The position numbers and the translations under genes are program-made. This document shows positions 8,801-17,211 of a stretch of 42,652 nt of DNA, one piece after another. The notes under the pieces were generated by a model that had not been told where the DNA came from, made no database searches, and was given only the letters and a program-made list of their open reading frames with translations. The stretch lies in the NCBI GenBank assembly GCA_966252445.1, contig CBINPH010000001.1:1-42652 (forward strand), in the 5' to 3' direction. Origin of the DNA: an uncultured Chitinophagaceae bacterium (lineage in GTDB: Bacteria > Bacteroidota > Bacteroidia > Chitinophagales > Chitinophagaceae). Each line of letters starts with the position of its first letter. Within the stretch, counting starts at the first letter, position 1.

Positions 8801-9629
8801 AGGGCACCCTGTAGGTATCCATCTCGGTGACCCGCTCCCGGGGCTCGGCGAAGAGCAGGCGGTCGTTGACCCATACTTTGAGTGAGCCGGCTCCGCCCAG
8901 GCAGAGCAGCACTTCGCGGTCCGCAGGGCTGTGCACGAAGCTTTGCGCATACACCAGGCCCCCGGTCGCCGGGAAGCAAGGCTTGGGGAAGACCCAGCTG
9001 GCGTTCTGCATCACCGCGGGCACGAACCAGGTCACCGAGGTGTTGTTGAAGGCGGTGAACACGGCTCCGCTGTCCGGGTGGGCGATGACCCCGAAGTCCT
9101 TGTTGAAGCCGCTGCCCCCGATGTTGTCGAAGGGCCCGGTAAAAGCCCAGCGCCCGATCGCGTGCACGCGGTGTTCTTCTTCCAGGGCCTGTGCCGGGCG
9201 GTGGGAGGCCAGCTCGTGGTAGCTGGCAAAATAGGCGCCGGCCGCCTGCATGGAGCCCCGGAAGTGCTCCCGGACGAAGCGCAGGTGGGCCTGGTGAAGG
9301 GAGTCCATCTTGCCGTAAGCGCCCAGGCAGGCCTCGCTGAACCACAGGGCATACCAGTAGGGTTCGGGGTCTGCGATGCGCATCATCGGGTCTCCGTACT
9401 GCGTAACGATCTGCGTTTCGCGGCCCAGGTAGGTTTGCAGGAAGACCAGGCTTGTCAGGGCGTCGTTGCGGAAGCGGGGATCTTTCGCCGCCTGCAGCAG
9501 GTACTGTTCGGCCGCAGCATACTGGTTGCCGTCCAGGGCTTTCCAGGCCAGGTGATAGGGATCTTCCTTCGGATGGGTGCCGCCGGCCAGCCAGAGGCAG
9601 GCGGCCAGACAAAGTTTGATCATGGTCAA
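5859..9629 (-). CDS. Large secreted TPR-repeat protein whose C-terminal half is DUF3857 / transglutaminase-like cysteine-protease core / DUF3858-type
   Basis: 1256 aa with signal peptide MTMIKLCLAACLWLAGG. It has multiple TPR-like helical repeats (for example AYNDLAGYYFKAGQLDSAIAVLRRLL and YRDIAICYEQLKDTARAREAYTRALQCDP). The transglutaminase-core Cys motif is TGMGDCKDMATLFVALARKAGLEANLVLV. Confidence 0.8.
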   Translation of the reverse strand: MTMIKLCLAACLWLAGGTHPKEDPYHLAWKALDGNQYAAAEQYLLQAAKDPRFRNDALTSLVFLQTYLGRETQIVTQYGDPMMRIADPEPYWYALWFSEACLGAYGKMDSLHQAHLRFVREHFRGSMQAAGAYFASYHELASHRPAQALEEEHRVHAIGRWAFTGPFDNIGGSGFNKDFGVIAHPDSGAVFTAFNNTSVTWFVPAVMQNASWVFPKPCFPATGGLVYAQSFVHSPADREVLLCLGGAGSLKVWVNDRLLFAEPRERVTEMDTYRVPCHLHAGYNRIVVQNGYADTEMPNFILRFGDAEGHAVDGLRGDPAYHAYTRDQGPLPEALPPFAETYFLKKIKGEPDNPVLYLLLARTYLRNQKTDETRALLEPLMTRHPRNTLLLATYLQCLSAEGNRTAWQAAMEKIKSLDPASIYNQLYREQQLEQDKKYTAALSVLDSIVGRTGLTAPLLESQIKLVAQTGNLDQLKTLIRQGVTQYPQYADFALYDYSYRKKVDHDPAAALHALEHYDSSAFNYNLIRALSNEYLEQGQNEKGRGVKQKLLADIPYVTDAYNDLAGYYFKAGQLDSAIAVLRRLLRNAPYRSETYRDIAICYEQLKDTARAREAYTRALQCDPSQAPYLNKIRELGRQPELEHYFPAFDAERRIADNLRRPYDSVHHYYYVFDVKNNLVLPQGASVEEVITAVHINDDKGIDAFKEMSIGYNSNFQELQIIEAEVRKKDGSKVPADQDGNQVVFTRLEAGDIVYWHYKRRSFGIGRLGREFWDNFYFSAAVPTQTCRYNLLLADGRTLHYRFLHDRHPAPSVSRHEQYTLYTWVRDSLPAIKDEPLSPQSADIGQVLHVSTIPSWATISRWYSDITRQQCGDNFDLDQAFAEIFPRGAGGLSADDKARDIYRYLVRHITYSSVPFRQSAYVPQKASKTLVTGMGDCKDMATLFVALARKAGLEANLVLVNTRDNGLQAMALPSMAFNHCIAAYGSGAARRYVELTDTDLPFGALPLDLRQAQSLFIPYGEGPGDSAVLAPLRSSRALADAVIRHLDIRVEGEDIAVQSRLQLTGALTSSYRYTYKNEPTDKTRDKLRERLDGIYKKSVDLGSVNLNGVDSLEDSLRVRVAYQVPNEIIHVNDLYMLKLNFIDVVANMNPFSVQDRHFPIDYAQYENTEHYATTVAVELPADARVSQLPEDVDLRFGDMHYTLRYRRAGDHALEVTRDFTTIPWKQIAPGDYTRFEDFFKRIIKAETQYIVYEQKTP

Positions 9630-9884
9630 AAGGATGGGTTAAAGCTGATTACAGGTGTCTAAAGATACACCATGGAAGTCGTTACGGCAGCCGGGGGCAG
9701 GGCGAATGCCGGGTTTCAGGGGGCCTGTGCCGCGATCTTTTCAGGATGGGGGCTGCCGGAGGCCCGGCGGCGCCCTCCGGCGTCCGGTCTTTTCCAGCGG
9801 CCATGCCCGAAAGGAAAGCGGCGGGTGAAAGACATTTTTGTATTTTTATGCGGCCGCGGCGGCAGGAGCGGCGCAGATCCTTAA

Positions 9885-11213
<1,329 letters not shown>

Positions 11214-11219
11214 GCGCCC

Positions 11220-11272
11220 GGAATGGATGCGCCGCTGCGGCCCAAATGGTACCTTAGCGGAAAATCCATTCC
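11220..11272 (+). promoter_or_regulatory. Long-range stem-loop in the metY / enoyl-CoA hydratase spacer
   Basis: GGAATGGAT (11220-11228) is the exact reverse complement of ATCCATTCC (11264-11272). A nested CCGCT/AGCGG stem lies at 11232-11236 / 11256-11260. The 3' arm ends 2 nt before the ATG at 11275. Confidence 0.3.
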
Positions 11273-11274
11273 CC

Positions 11275-12057
11275 ATGTACGAGACCCTGCTGTACGAGCG
11301 GTCCGGGGCGGTAGCCACCATCACGCTGAACCGCCCTGCGGCCTACAATGCCTGCAACGAAGCCATGACCAGGGAGCTGGGCCAGGCGCTGGCCGCGGTG
11401 GCTGCGGACGACACGGTCCGGGTGCTGGTGCTGACCGGCGCCGGCGACAAGGCCTTTTGCAGCGGCCAGGACCTCAAGGAGCCCCGCTCCTGGGAGGCAC
11501 GCGCCTTCAGCGATGCGCTGCGGCGCCGCTACAACCCGCTGATCCTGGCGCTGCGCCGGCTGCAGAAGCCCGTGATCTGCCGCCTGAACGGGGTGGCCGC
11601 CGGAGCCGGCTGTTCCCTGGCCCTGGCCTGCGACGTCATCGTGGCCAGCGCCACGGCGACGCTGGCGGAGCTCTTCGTCCACATCGCCCTGGTCCCCGAC
11701 TCCGGCTCCACGCATATCCTCGCACGCACCCTGGGCTACCACCGCGCCTTCCAGCTGGCGGCGCGCGGAGAGCGCCTCACGGCTGCCGAAGCGCAGCGCC
11801 TGGGCTTCGTCAGGACGGTGGTGCCTCCCGCAGGGCTGGATGCCGCCGTGCGCGAGGAAGCGGACTATTACGCCGCCGCACCGACGAAGGCCATAGGCCT
11901 GATCAAGACCATGCTGCAGAAAGCTGCGGAGCTGCCCCTGGAGGCCGCCCTGGAATACGAAGCCTACGCCCAGCAGATCGCCGGGGGCACGGCGGATCAC
12001 CGCGAGGGGAAGGCCGCCTTCCTCGAGAAGCGCAAACCGGTTTTCCGGGGATGCTGA
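11275..12057 (+). CDS. Enoyl-CoA hydratase/isomerase (crotonase superfamily)
   Basis: 260 aa counted from MYETLLYERSGAVATITLNRPAAYNA. Oxyanion-hole and crotonase segments are VLTGAGDKAFCSGQDL and NGVAAGAGCSLALACD. The track ORF begins at 11227, but that start leaves only 13 nt after the metY stop and adds a non-conserved leader. Confidence 0.88.
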   Translation: MYETLLYERSGAVATITLNRPAAYNACNEAMTRELGQALAAVAADDTVRVLVLTGAGDKAFCSGQDLKEPRSWEARAFSDALRRRYNPLILALRRLQKPVICRLNGVAAGAGCSLALACDVIVASATATLAELFVHIALVPDSGSTHILARTLGYHRAFQLAARGERLTAAEAQRLGFVRTVVPPAGLDAAVREEADYYAAAPTKAIGLIKTMLQKAAELPLEAALEYEAYAQQIAGGTADHREGKAAFLEKRKPVFRGC

Positions 12058-12091
12058 GGCGGACGCCGGAGGGCGTGCCGCTGCAAAAAGG

Positions 12092-12769
12092 CTAGAGCCC
12101 GCTGAGGGAGAGTCCTATGGAGAAGGCGTTGACCTGGGGCCCGGCGGTCTCCTTCAGCAGGGCCGTCAGGGTATAGCTGGAGAACACAGCCCAGTTGCCC
12201 CAGCCCACGCGCGCTGTGGCGGCAACCCGCCAGGGCGTGAAGTAGCCCTTGTCGCTCACCTTGTCCACCCGCTTGCCGCCGGCGACCCGTTTTCCTTTGG
12301 TATGGACGCTGAGCAGGGTCCCGAACTTCAGGCCCAGGGCGGCCTTGAAGCCGGTGTTGGCATTGTCGGCGAACTGCCGGTAACGCAGCTCGACAGGGAT
12401 CTCCAGGAAAGCCGTGGCCAGCTTGTAGCGTTTGTAGACGCTGTCGTGGGGGAAAGCCAGGGTCTGGCTGGAGCCCCCTATATCCACCCGCTGGTCATCG
12501 AAAAAGATGTTGGAGCTGCTCAGCCCCAGTCCCGGCGCCACGCTGAGGTGGGATCCTTCCTTGAAAGGGAAATCGTACATGAAGGCCAGGTTGAAGCCGC
12601 GGGAGAGTCCGCCGATGTGCATGCTGTCCGGCGCGCCGATCCAGGTGTCGTAACCGAGTTGCACCATAAAAAAATCGCGGGAATGCATGATCGACGCCGC
12701 GGTGTTCTGGGCTTTCGCCCCCAGGGCCGTGGCCAGCATGATCAGGCTGGCAAGCGCTATTTTCTTCAT
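12092..12769 (-). CDS. Small outer-membrane beta-barrel (porin-family / OmpA-beta-barrel-like) protein
   Basis: 225 aa, forming the C-terminal part of track ORF 12092..15229. The internal start is MKKIALASLIMLATALGAKAQ (signal peptide). The rest has an alternating amphipathic beta-strand pattern and a C-terminal FSIGLSLSGL. Everything upstream of 12769 in that ORF is antisense to the histidine kinase. Confidence 0.8.
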   Translation of the reverse strand: MKKIALASLIMLATALGAKAQNTAASIMHSRDFFMVQLGYDTWIGAPDSMHIGGLSRGFNLAFMYDFPFKEGSHLSVAPGLGLSSSNIFFDDQRVDIGGSSQTLAFPHDSVYKRYKLATAFLEIPVELRYRQFADNANTGFKAALGLKFGTLLSVHTKGKRVAGGKRVDKVSDKGYFTPWRVAATARVGWGNWAVFSSYTLTALLKETAGPQVNAFSIGLSLSGL

Positions 12770-12798
12770 ATAAAGCTTTGGTTCAGGCAGTGAAGCGC

Positions 12799-12806
12799 CA
12801 AATGTA
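12799..12806 (-). promoter_or_regulatory. Exact -7 box TACATTTG for the small OMP gene, with a second exact box TATTTTTG at 12817-12824
   Basis: The reverse complements of caaatgta and caaaaata both match TAnnTTTG. They lie 30 and 48 nt upstream of the ATG at 12769. Confidence 0.4.
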
Positions 12807-12877
12807 CGCCATTCGCCAAAAATATCTCCGGCGCGGGCAGCCTTCGCCCAAAAATAAAACCCTTCCCGGCCGCGCTC

Positions 12878-15800
12878 ATGCAGGGAAGAATCCCGGGAAA
12901 AAGAATAATTTGCTTCCCAAATCAGGGCGTCCGGAGCTCCCTTTCCGGCCGGATAAAGCAACAGCCTTTGAAAATCCATCGCAACATTGTATTCATCCTT
13001 TGCGGTGCCGTCATGGCGCTTAGCCTGTTCGTCTGGCTGGCATACAGCATCTACCGGGAGACGATCAGGGCCCGGGACCGGGTCAGCCATGCTTACGGGC
13101 TCATCGCCACGCTGAATGCCCTTCATTCCAGCATCGTGGGCGCGGAAACCCTCACCCACCATTACCTCCTCACCGGGCAGGAGGGATATATCGTCGAACA
13201 GGGCCGCGTAAAGAAGCGGCTGGACAGCCTGCTGACCCTGCTGCGGCAGATGACCGCCGGCGACCCCCTGCAGGGCCCGCGGGTCGACACCCTGGGCTAC
13301 CTGGCCGGGGCGCAGCTGGCCACCGACGAGGTGCTGCAACGCCCGGACACCACCGGGCGGCGCCGTGCAGGTGCGCTCACCCACGATTCCATCAACCGTC
13401 GCATCGAGTCCGTATATGCGTCCCTGATCGATACCGAAAACCTGCGCTTCCGCCACCGCTCCAGCGAGAACAGGCGGATCATCCGCAACGCCTATTACGT
13501 CATCCTGCTGGGCAGCGTGCTCTTCCTCACCCTGCTGGCGCTCTCCCTGGCGCGGATACGCCGGATCCTCCAGCTGCAGCGCCAGGCCGCCTCCCTGGAG
13601 CGGGAGACGCGGGAGGCCCAGTACCGCACCCTGATCGAGAACGCGCGCGTGGTGATGTTCAACACGGACCTGGAAGGGCATTTCCTGTTCATCTCCGACT
13701 GGGTGTTTCCCCTGACGGGGTTCCACAAGGAGGAGCTGGTCGGCCGCCATTTCTCCCTGCTGGTCGCGCCGGACGCGCTGGAAGAGGTGTCCGGCCACTA
13801 CCGCATCCAGCTGGAACTCAACATGAAGGAGTCCGAGCTCGAGTTCCCCATCGTCATGAAAAACGGGGCCCGCCGCTGGGTGAGCCAGATGGGGGTGCTG
13901 GTCCACGACGCGGAGGGCCGGCCCACGGGCTTCCAGTGCATTGTCCGCGATATTGACGAGCAGAAGCGCATGCAGCTGGAGATGCAGTCCCTGGAGCGCC
14001 GTCGCCGCGAATACCAGCAGTTGCTGCAGGCCATCCTGGACAACTCCCCCTCGCTGATCTTCATGAAGGACCAGGACTGCAAATACCTCCTGGTCAACCG
14101 CAAATATGAAGAGATCTTCCAGCTGCAGGCCCGCGACATCATCGGCAAGGAGGACGGGGAGCTGGAGCCGGAGGAGCGGGCCAGGCGCTCCCGGGAGGAA
14201 GACGAGTGGGTGCTGAAGCACCGGGAAATGAAAAGGGTGGTCCATGTGCTGCACACGCCCGCCGGTCCCCGCAGCTACCTGGTCCTCAAATTCCCCATCG
14301 CCAACGAGCGCGGGGAGATCCGCGGCCTCTGCGGCATCGCCACCGATATCAGCGACCAGATCCACCGGGAGAAGGAGCTGGAGCGGGCCCGGGAAAAGGC
14401 CGAGATCGCCGAGAAATCCCAGGAGCAGTTCCTGGCCAGCGTGAGCCACGAGATGCGCACCCCGCTGAACGGCATCGTGGGCATGAGCCGCCTGCTGGCC
14501 GAGACCGCCCTGCAGCCCCGGCAGGCGGATTTCGTGCAGACGTTGCAGGAGTCGGCGGAAACGCTCCTGCTGCTGATCAACGACCTGCTGGACATCTCCC
14601 GCATCAAGGCCGGCCGGATGACCTTCGAGAAGCTCACCTTCGACGTGCGGGCCCTCTTTGCCCGCACCCTCAACGGCCTGCAGGTGCGGGCGCGGGAGAA
14701 GGGGCTGGCCCTGACCCAGGAGGTGGACCCCGCCGTGCCGCCTTTCCTGGAAGGGGATCCCCACCGCCTGAACCAGGTGCTGGTCAACCTGCTGGACAAC
14801 GCCCTGAAGTTCACCGACAAAGGCGCGGTGCGGCTGCACGCCTTTTTGGAACGTCACGCCAGCCACAAGATCTGGTTGCGGATGGAGGTCAGCGACACGG
14901 GCATCGGCATCCCCCCGGAGCGGCAGGGGGAGCTGTTCAGGGAATTCGTGCAGCTGCAGCCCGACACGGCCCGCCGTTACGGCGGCAGCGGGCTGGGGCT
15001 GGCGCTGACGCGTTGGCTGGTGCAGGACCAGGGCGGGCAGATGAGCGTGCGCAGCAGCCCGGGCAAGGGCACCACCTTCATCGTCATCATTCCCTACGGC
15101 ATCGGCAGCGCCGACGGCGTGGCGCATGCCTCCGTGGCCATGGACAAGGAGAAGCGCGCGACGGCCCTGCAGGGGCTCAGCATTCTGGTTGCCGAGGACA
15201 ACCTCATCAACAGGAAGGTGGCCATGCATACCCTGGAGCAGGCCGGCGCCAGGGTCACCGTCGCTGCCGACGGGCAGGAAGCCGTCGCCCTGCTCCGGGA
15301 AGGGTTATCGCCGGACCTGGTGCTGATGGACCTCATGATGCCGGAGATGGATGGTTATGCCGCTACCCGGATCATCCGCGGGGAGCTGGGGCTGCGCCTG
15401 CCCATCATCGCCATGACGGCGGCCAACATTTCCACGGAAAGGGACAAGGCCCTGGCGGCGGGTATGGACGGCTATGTGGCCAAGCCATTCGTTCCCGGGG
15501 AACTGTTCATCCTGATCCGGAACTTGCTGTCCGGCGTGAAGGAGAACCCCGCGACGCCTGATGCGGCACCGCCGCCCCCGGCGGCGGAAGAAGACCGGGG
15601 GACGCCCTCCTACAGCCTGGCCCTCCTGGAGGAGCTGGAGGATGAAAGCCATACCCGGGAAATGCTGCAGATGTTCCTCAACACCACGCCGCGGCAGCTG
15701 CAGGGCCTGGAAGACGCCATCACCCGCGCCGACTGGGAGACCGTATACCAGGAGGCACACCGGCTCAAGGCCAGCCTGGGCCTGCTGCAGATGCAGGATG

Positions 15801-15946
15801 TGCTGGCTCCCGTGCGCCGTATTGAGCAAAGCGCCAAGGACGGCCAGCAGCGTTCCCTCATGGTCGCTTGGATGGCCGCAGCCCGGTCGGCATACGAGGC
15901 GGCGGAGGCCCAGCTCCGCGCCGAAGCCCGGCGCCGGGGCGCCTGA
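12878..15946 (+). CDS. Hybrid sensor histidine kinase / response regulator (CHASE3 - PAS - PAS - HisKA - HATPase - REC - HPt)
   Basis: The TM helices IVFILCGAVMALSLFVWLAYSIY and YYVILLGSVLFLTLLALSLA bracket a CHASE3-like sensor. The H-box is SHEMRTPLNGI and the ATPase boxes are SDTGIGIP and GGSGLGLAL. The receiver is ILVAEDNLINRKV...DLVLMDLMMPEMDG...AKP, and the C-terminal HPt contains HRLKASLGLLQM. The start is uncertain: ATG 12878, or TTG 12968 giving MKIHRNIVFIL.... Confidence 0.9.
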   Translation: MQGRIPGKRIICFPNQGVRSSLSGRIKQQPLKIHRNIVFILCGAVMALSLFVWLAYSIYRETIRARDRVSHAYGLIATLNALHSSIVGAETLTHHYLLTGQEGYIVEQGRVKKRLDSLLTLLRQMTAGDPLQGPRVDTLGYLAGAQLATDEVLQRPDTTGRRRAGALTHDSINRRIESVYASLIDTENLRFRHRSSENRRIIRNAYYVILLGSVLFLTLLALSLARIRRILQLQRQAASLERETREAQYRTLIENARVVMFNTDLEGHFLFISDWVFPLTGFHKEELVGRHFSLLVAPDALEEVSGHYRIQLELNMKESELEFPIVMKNGARRWVSQMGVLVHDAEGRPTGFQCIVRDIDEQKRMQLEMQSLERRRREYQQLLQAILDNSPSLIFMKDQDCKYLLVNRKYEEIFQLQARDIIGKEDGELEPEERARRSREEDEWVLKHREMKRVVHVLHTPAGPRSYLVLKFPIANERGEIRGLCGIATDISDQIHREKELERAREKAEIAEKSQEQFLASVSHEMRTPLNGIVGMSRLLAETALQPRQADFVQTLQESAETLLLLINDLLDISRIKAGRMTFEKLTFDVRALFARTLNGLQVRAREKGLALTQEVDPAVPPFLEGDPHRLNQVLVNLLDNALKFTDKGAVRLHAFLERHASHKIWLRMEVSDTGIGIPPERQGELFREFVQLQPDTARRYGGSGLGLALTRWLVQDQGGQMSVRSSPGKGTTFIVIIPYGIGSADGVAHASVAMDKEKRATALQGLSILVAEDNLINRKVAMHTLEQAGARVTVAADGQEAVALLREGLSPDLVLMDLMMPEMDGYAATRIIRGELGLRLPIIAMTAANISTERDKALAAGMDGYVAKPFVPGELFILIRNLLSGVKENPATPDAAPPPPAAEEDRGTPSYSLALLEELEDESHTREMLQMFLNTTPRQLQGLEDAITRADWETVYQEAHRLKASLGLLQMQDVLAPVRRIEQSAKDGQQRSLMVAWMAAARSAYEAAEAQLRAEARRRGA

Positions 15947-15955
15947 GTTCTCCCC

Positions 15956-17104
15956 CTACTTTTTGACGGAAAATTGGTAGATCGTCGTCGAACGATAGGT
16001 GGCTCCCGGCTCCAGCACCGTGCTGGGGAAGGAAGGCTGGTTGGGCGAGTCAGGGAAATGCTCGGTCTCCAGGGCCAGCGCGCCGTGTTTGGGATATACG
16101 TTTCCGTGTGATCCCGTCAGGGAGCCGTCCAGGAAATTGCCCGAATAGAACTGTACCCCGGGTTCGGTGGTGAACACTTCCATCACCCGGCCGTTGGCGG
16201 GGTCCTCGACCCGTATGGCAGGCTCGTCCAGGCTGCCCGCGGTGTTCAGCACCCAGCAATGGTCGAAGCCGCCGTTGGCGAGCAGCAGCTGGGGAAAGCT
16301 GTCGTTGATGTGGGCGCCGATGGCCGTGGGCTGGCGCAGGTCCATGGGGGTGCCGTCGACCGGCTGCAGCACGCCGGTGGGGATCAGCGTGGAATCGACG
16401 GGCACAAAGCGGTCGGCATGGATGGTGAGCACATGATCCAGCACCGTGCCTTTCCCGTCGTTGAGGTTGAAATAGGAGTGGTTGGTGAGGTTGAGCACGG
16501 TCTTCTTGTCCGTGGTGGCGTGGTAGTCTATGCGCAGCGCGCCCTGGTTATCCAGGGTATAGGTGACCTTGACCTGAAGGTTGCCGGGATAGCCTTCCTC
16601 CCCGTCGCGGCTCAGGTAGCTCAGCTCCAGGGCCTGCGTGCTGTCCCCTTCCACCGGGGTGACATTCCACAGCACCTTGTCGAAGCCTACCTTACCCCCG
16701 TGCAGGGAGTTGGGTCCGTTGTTGATGAACAGGTGATAGGTCGAGTCGTCCAGGGTAAAGGTGCCGCCCGCGATGCGGTTGCCGTAGCGCCCCACGATCG
16801 CCCCGAAATAGGGTGAGGAGCTCAGGTACTGGTCCAGGGAGTCAAAGCCCAGCACCACGTCGCCCATCTGCCCGTCTTTGTCCGGGACCATCAGGGACTG
16901 TATGATGCCGCCATAGTTGAGGACTTTCACCTGGATGCCCTGGCTGTTGGTGAGGGTGTACCGCATCACCGAGTCACCGTTCGGCAGGACGCCGAAAGGT
17001 TCCCGGGTGATGCCCGCTTTGTCGCCGCCGGTCGGCTGGCAGGAATACAGAGTGCCCATAACGATGGTTGCCATCAGGATGGCGGATAAATGCTTTTTGT
17101 TCAT
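15956..17104 (-). CDS. galM: Aldose 1-epimerase (galactose mutarotase), lipoprotein form
   Basis: 382 aa with lipobox signal MNKKHLSAILMATIVMGTLYSC. Mutarotase segments are FGAIVGRYGNRIAGGTFTLD, NSLHGG, LTNHSYFNL and LETEHFPDSPN. Confidence 0.9.
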   Translation of the reverse strand: MNKKHLSAILMATIVMGTLYSCQPTGGDKAGITREPFGVLPNGDSVMRYTLTNSQGIQVKVLNYGGIIQSLMVPDKDGQMGDVVLGFDSLDQYLSSSPYFGAIVGRYGNRIAGGTFTLDDSTYHLFINNGPNSLHGGKVGFDKVLWNVTPVEGDSTQALELSYLSRDGEEGYPGNLQVKVTYTLDNQGALRIDYHATTDKKTVLNLTNHSYFNLNDGKGTVLDHVLTIHADRFVPVDSTLIPTGVLQPVDGTPMDLRQPTAIGAHINDSFPQLLLANGGFDHCWVLNTAGSLDEPAIRVEDPANGRVMEVFTTEPGVQFYSGNFLDGSLTGSHGNVYPKHGALALETEHFPDSPNQPSFPSTVLEPGATYRSTTIYQFSVKK

Positions 17105-17211
17105 GGTTCAGGAATGTCAGGATAGCGTGTAAGCCGTAAATGTAGTAAAAAAAGCGTATCCGTGCATTCCCGCCCATAGGCGTATGCGTAGGCCGTCACC
17201 GCATCCCCGGT

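Noticed and set aside
8113-9612. A 499-aa same-strand, alternative-frame ORF inside the TPR/transglutaminase gene, and similar internal-frame ORFs such as 6475..7050, 14206..15561, 24331..25263, 33246..33896 and 37805..38848.
   Set aside because: They are Pro/Arg/Gly-rich frame-shifted read-throughs of genuine genes. They have no motifs and no independent start context.
12770-15229. The N-terminal 820 aa or so of the 1045-aa minus-strand ORF 12092..15229.
   Set aside because: Only the last 225 aa, starting at MKKIALASLIMLATALGAKAQ (ATG 12769), look like a real protein (signal peptide plus beta-barrel). The remainder is antisense to the histidine kinase and compositionally junk. Exact -7 boxes sit just upstream of 12769.
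17105-17211. A remnant of korB between korA and galM.
   Set aside because: The gap is only 107 nt. It contains no reading frame and no TPP- or FeS-type motif, and it is better explained as the galM promoter region.
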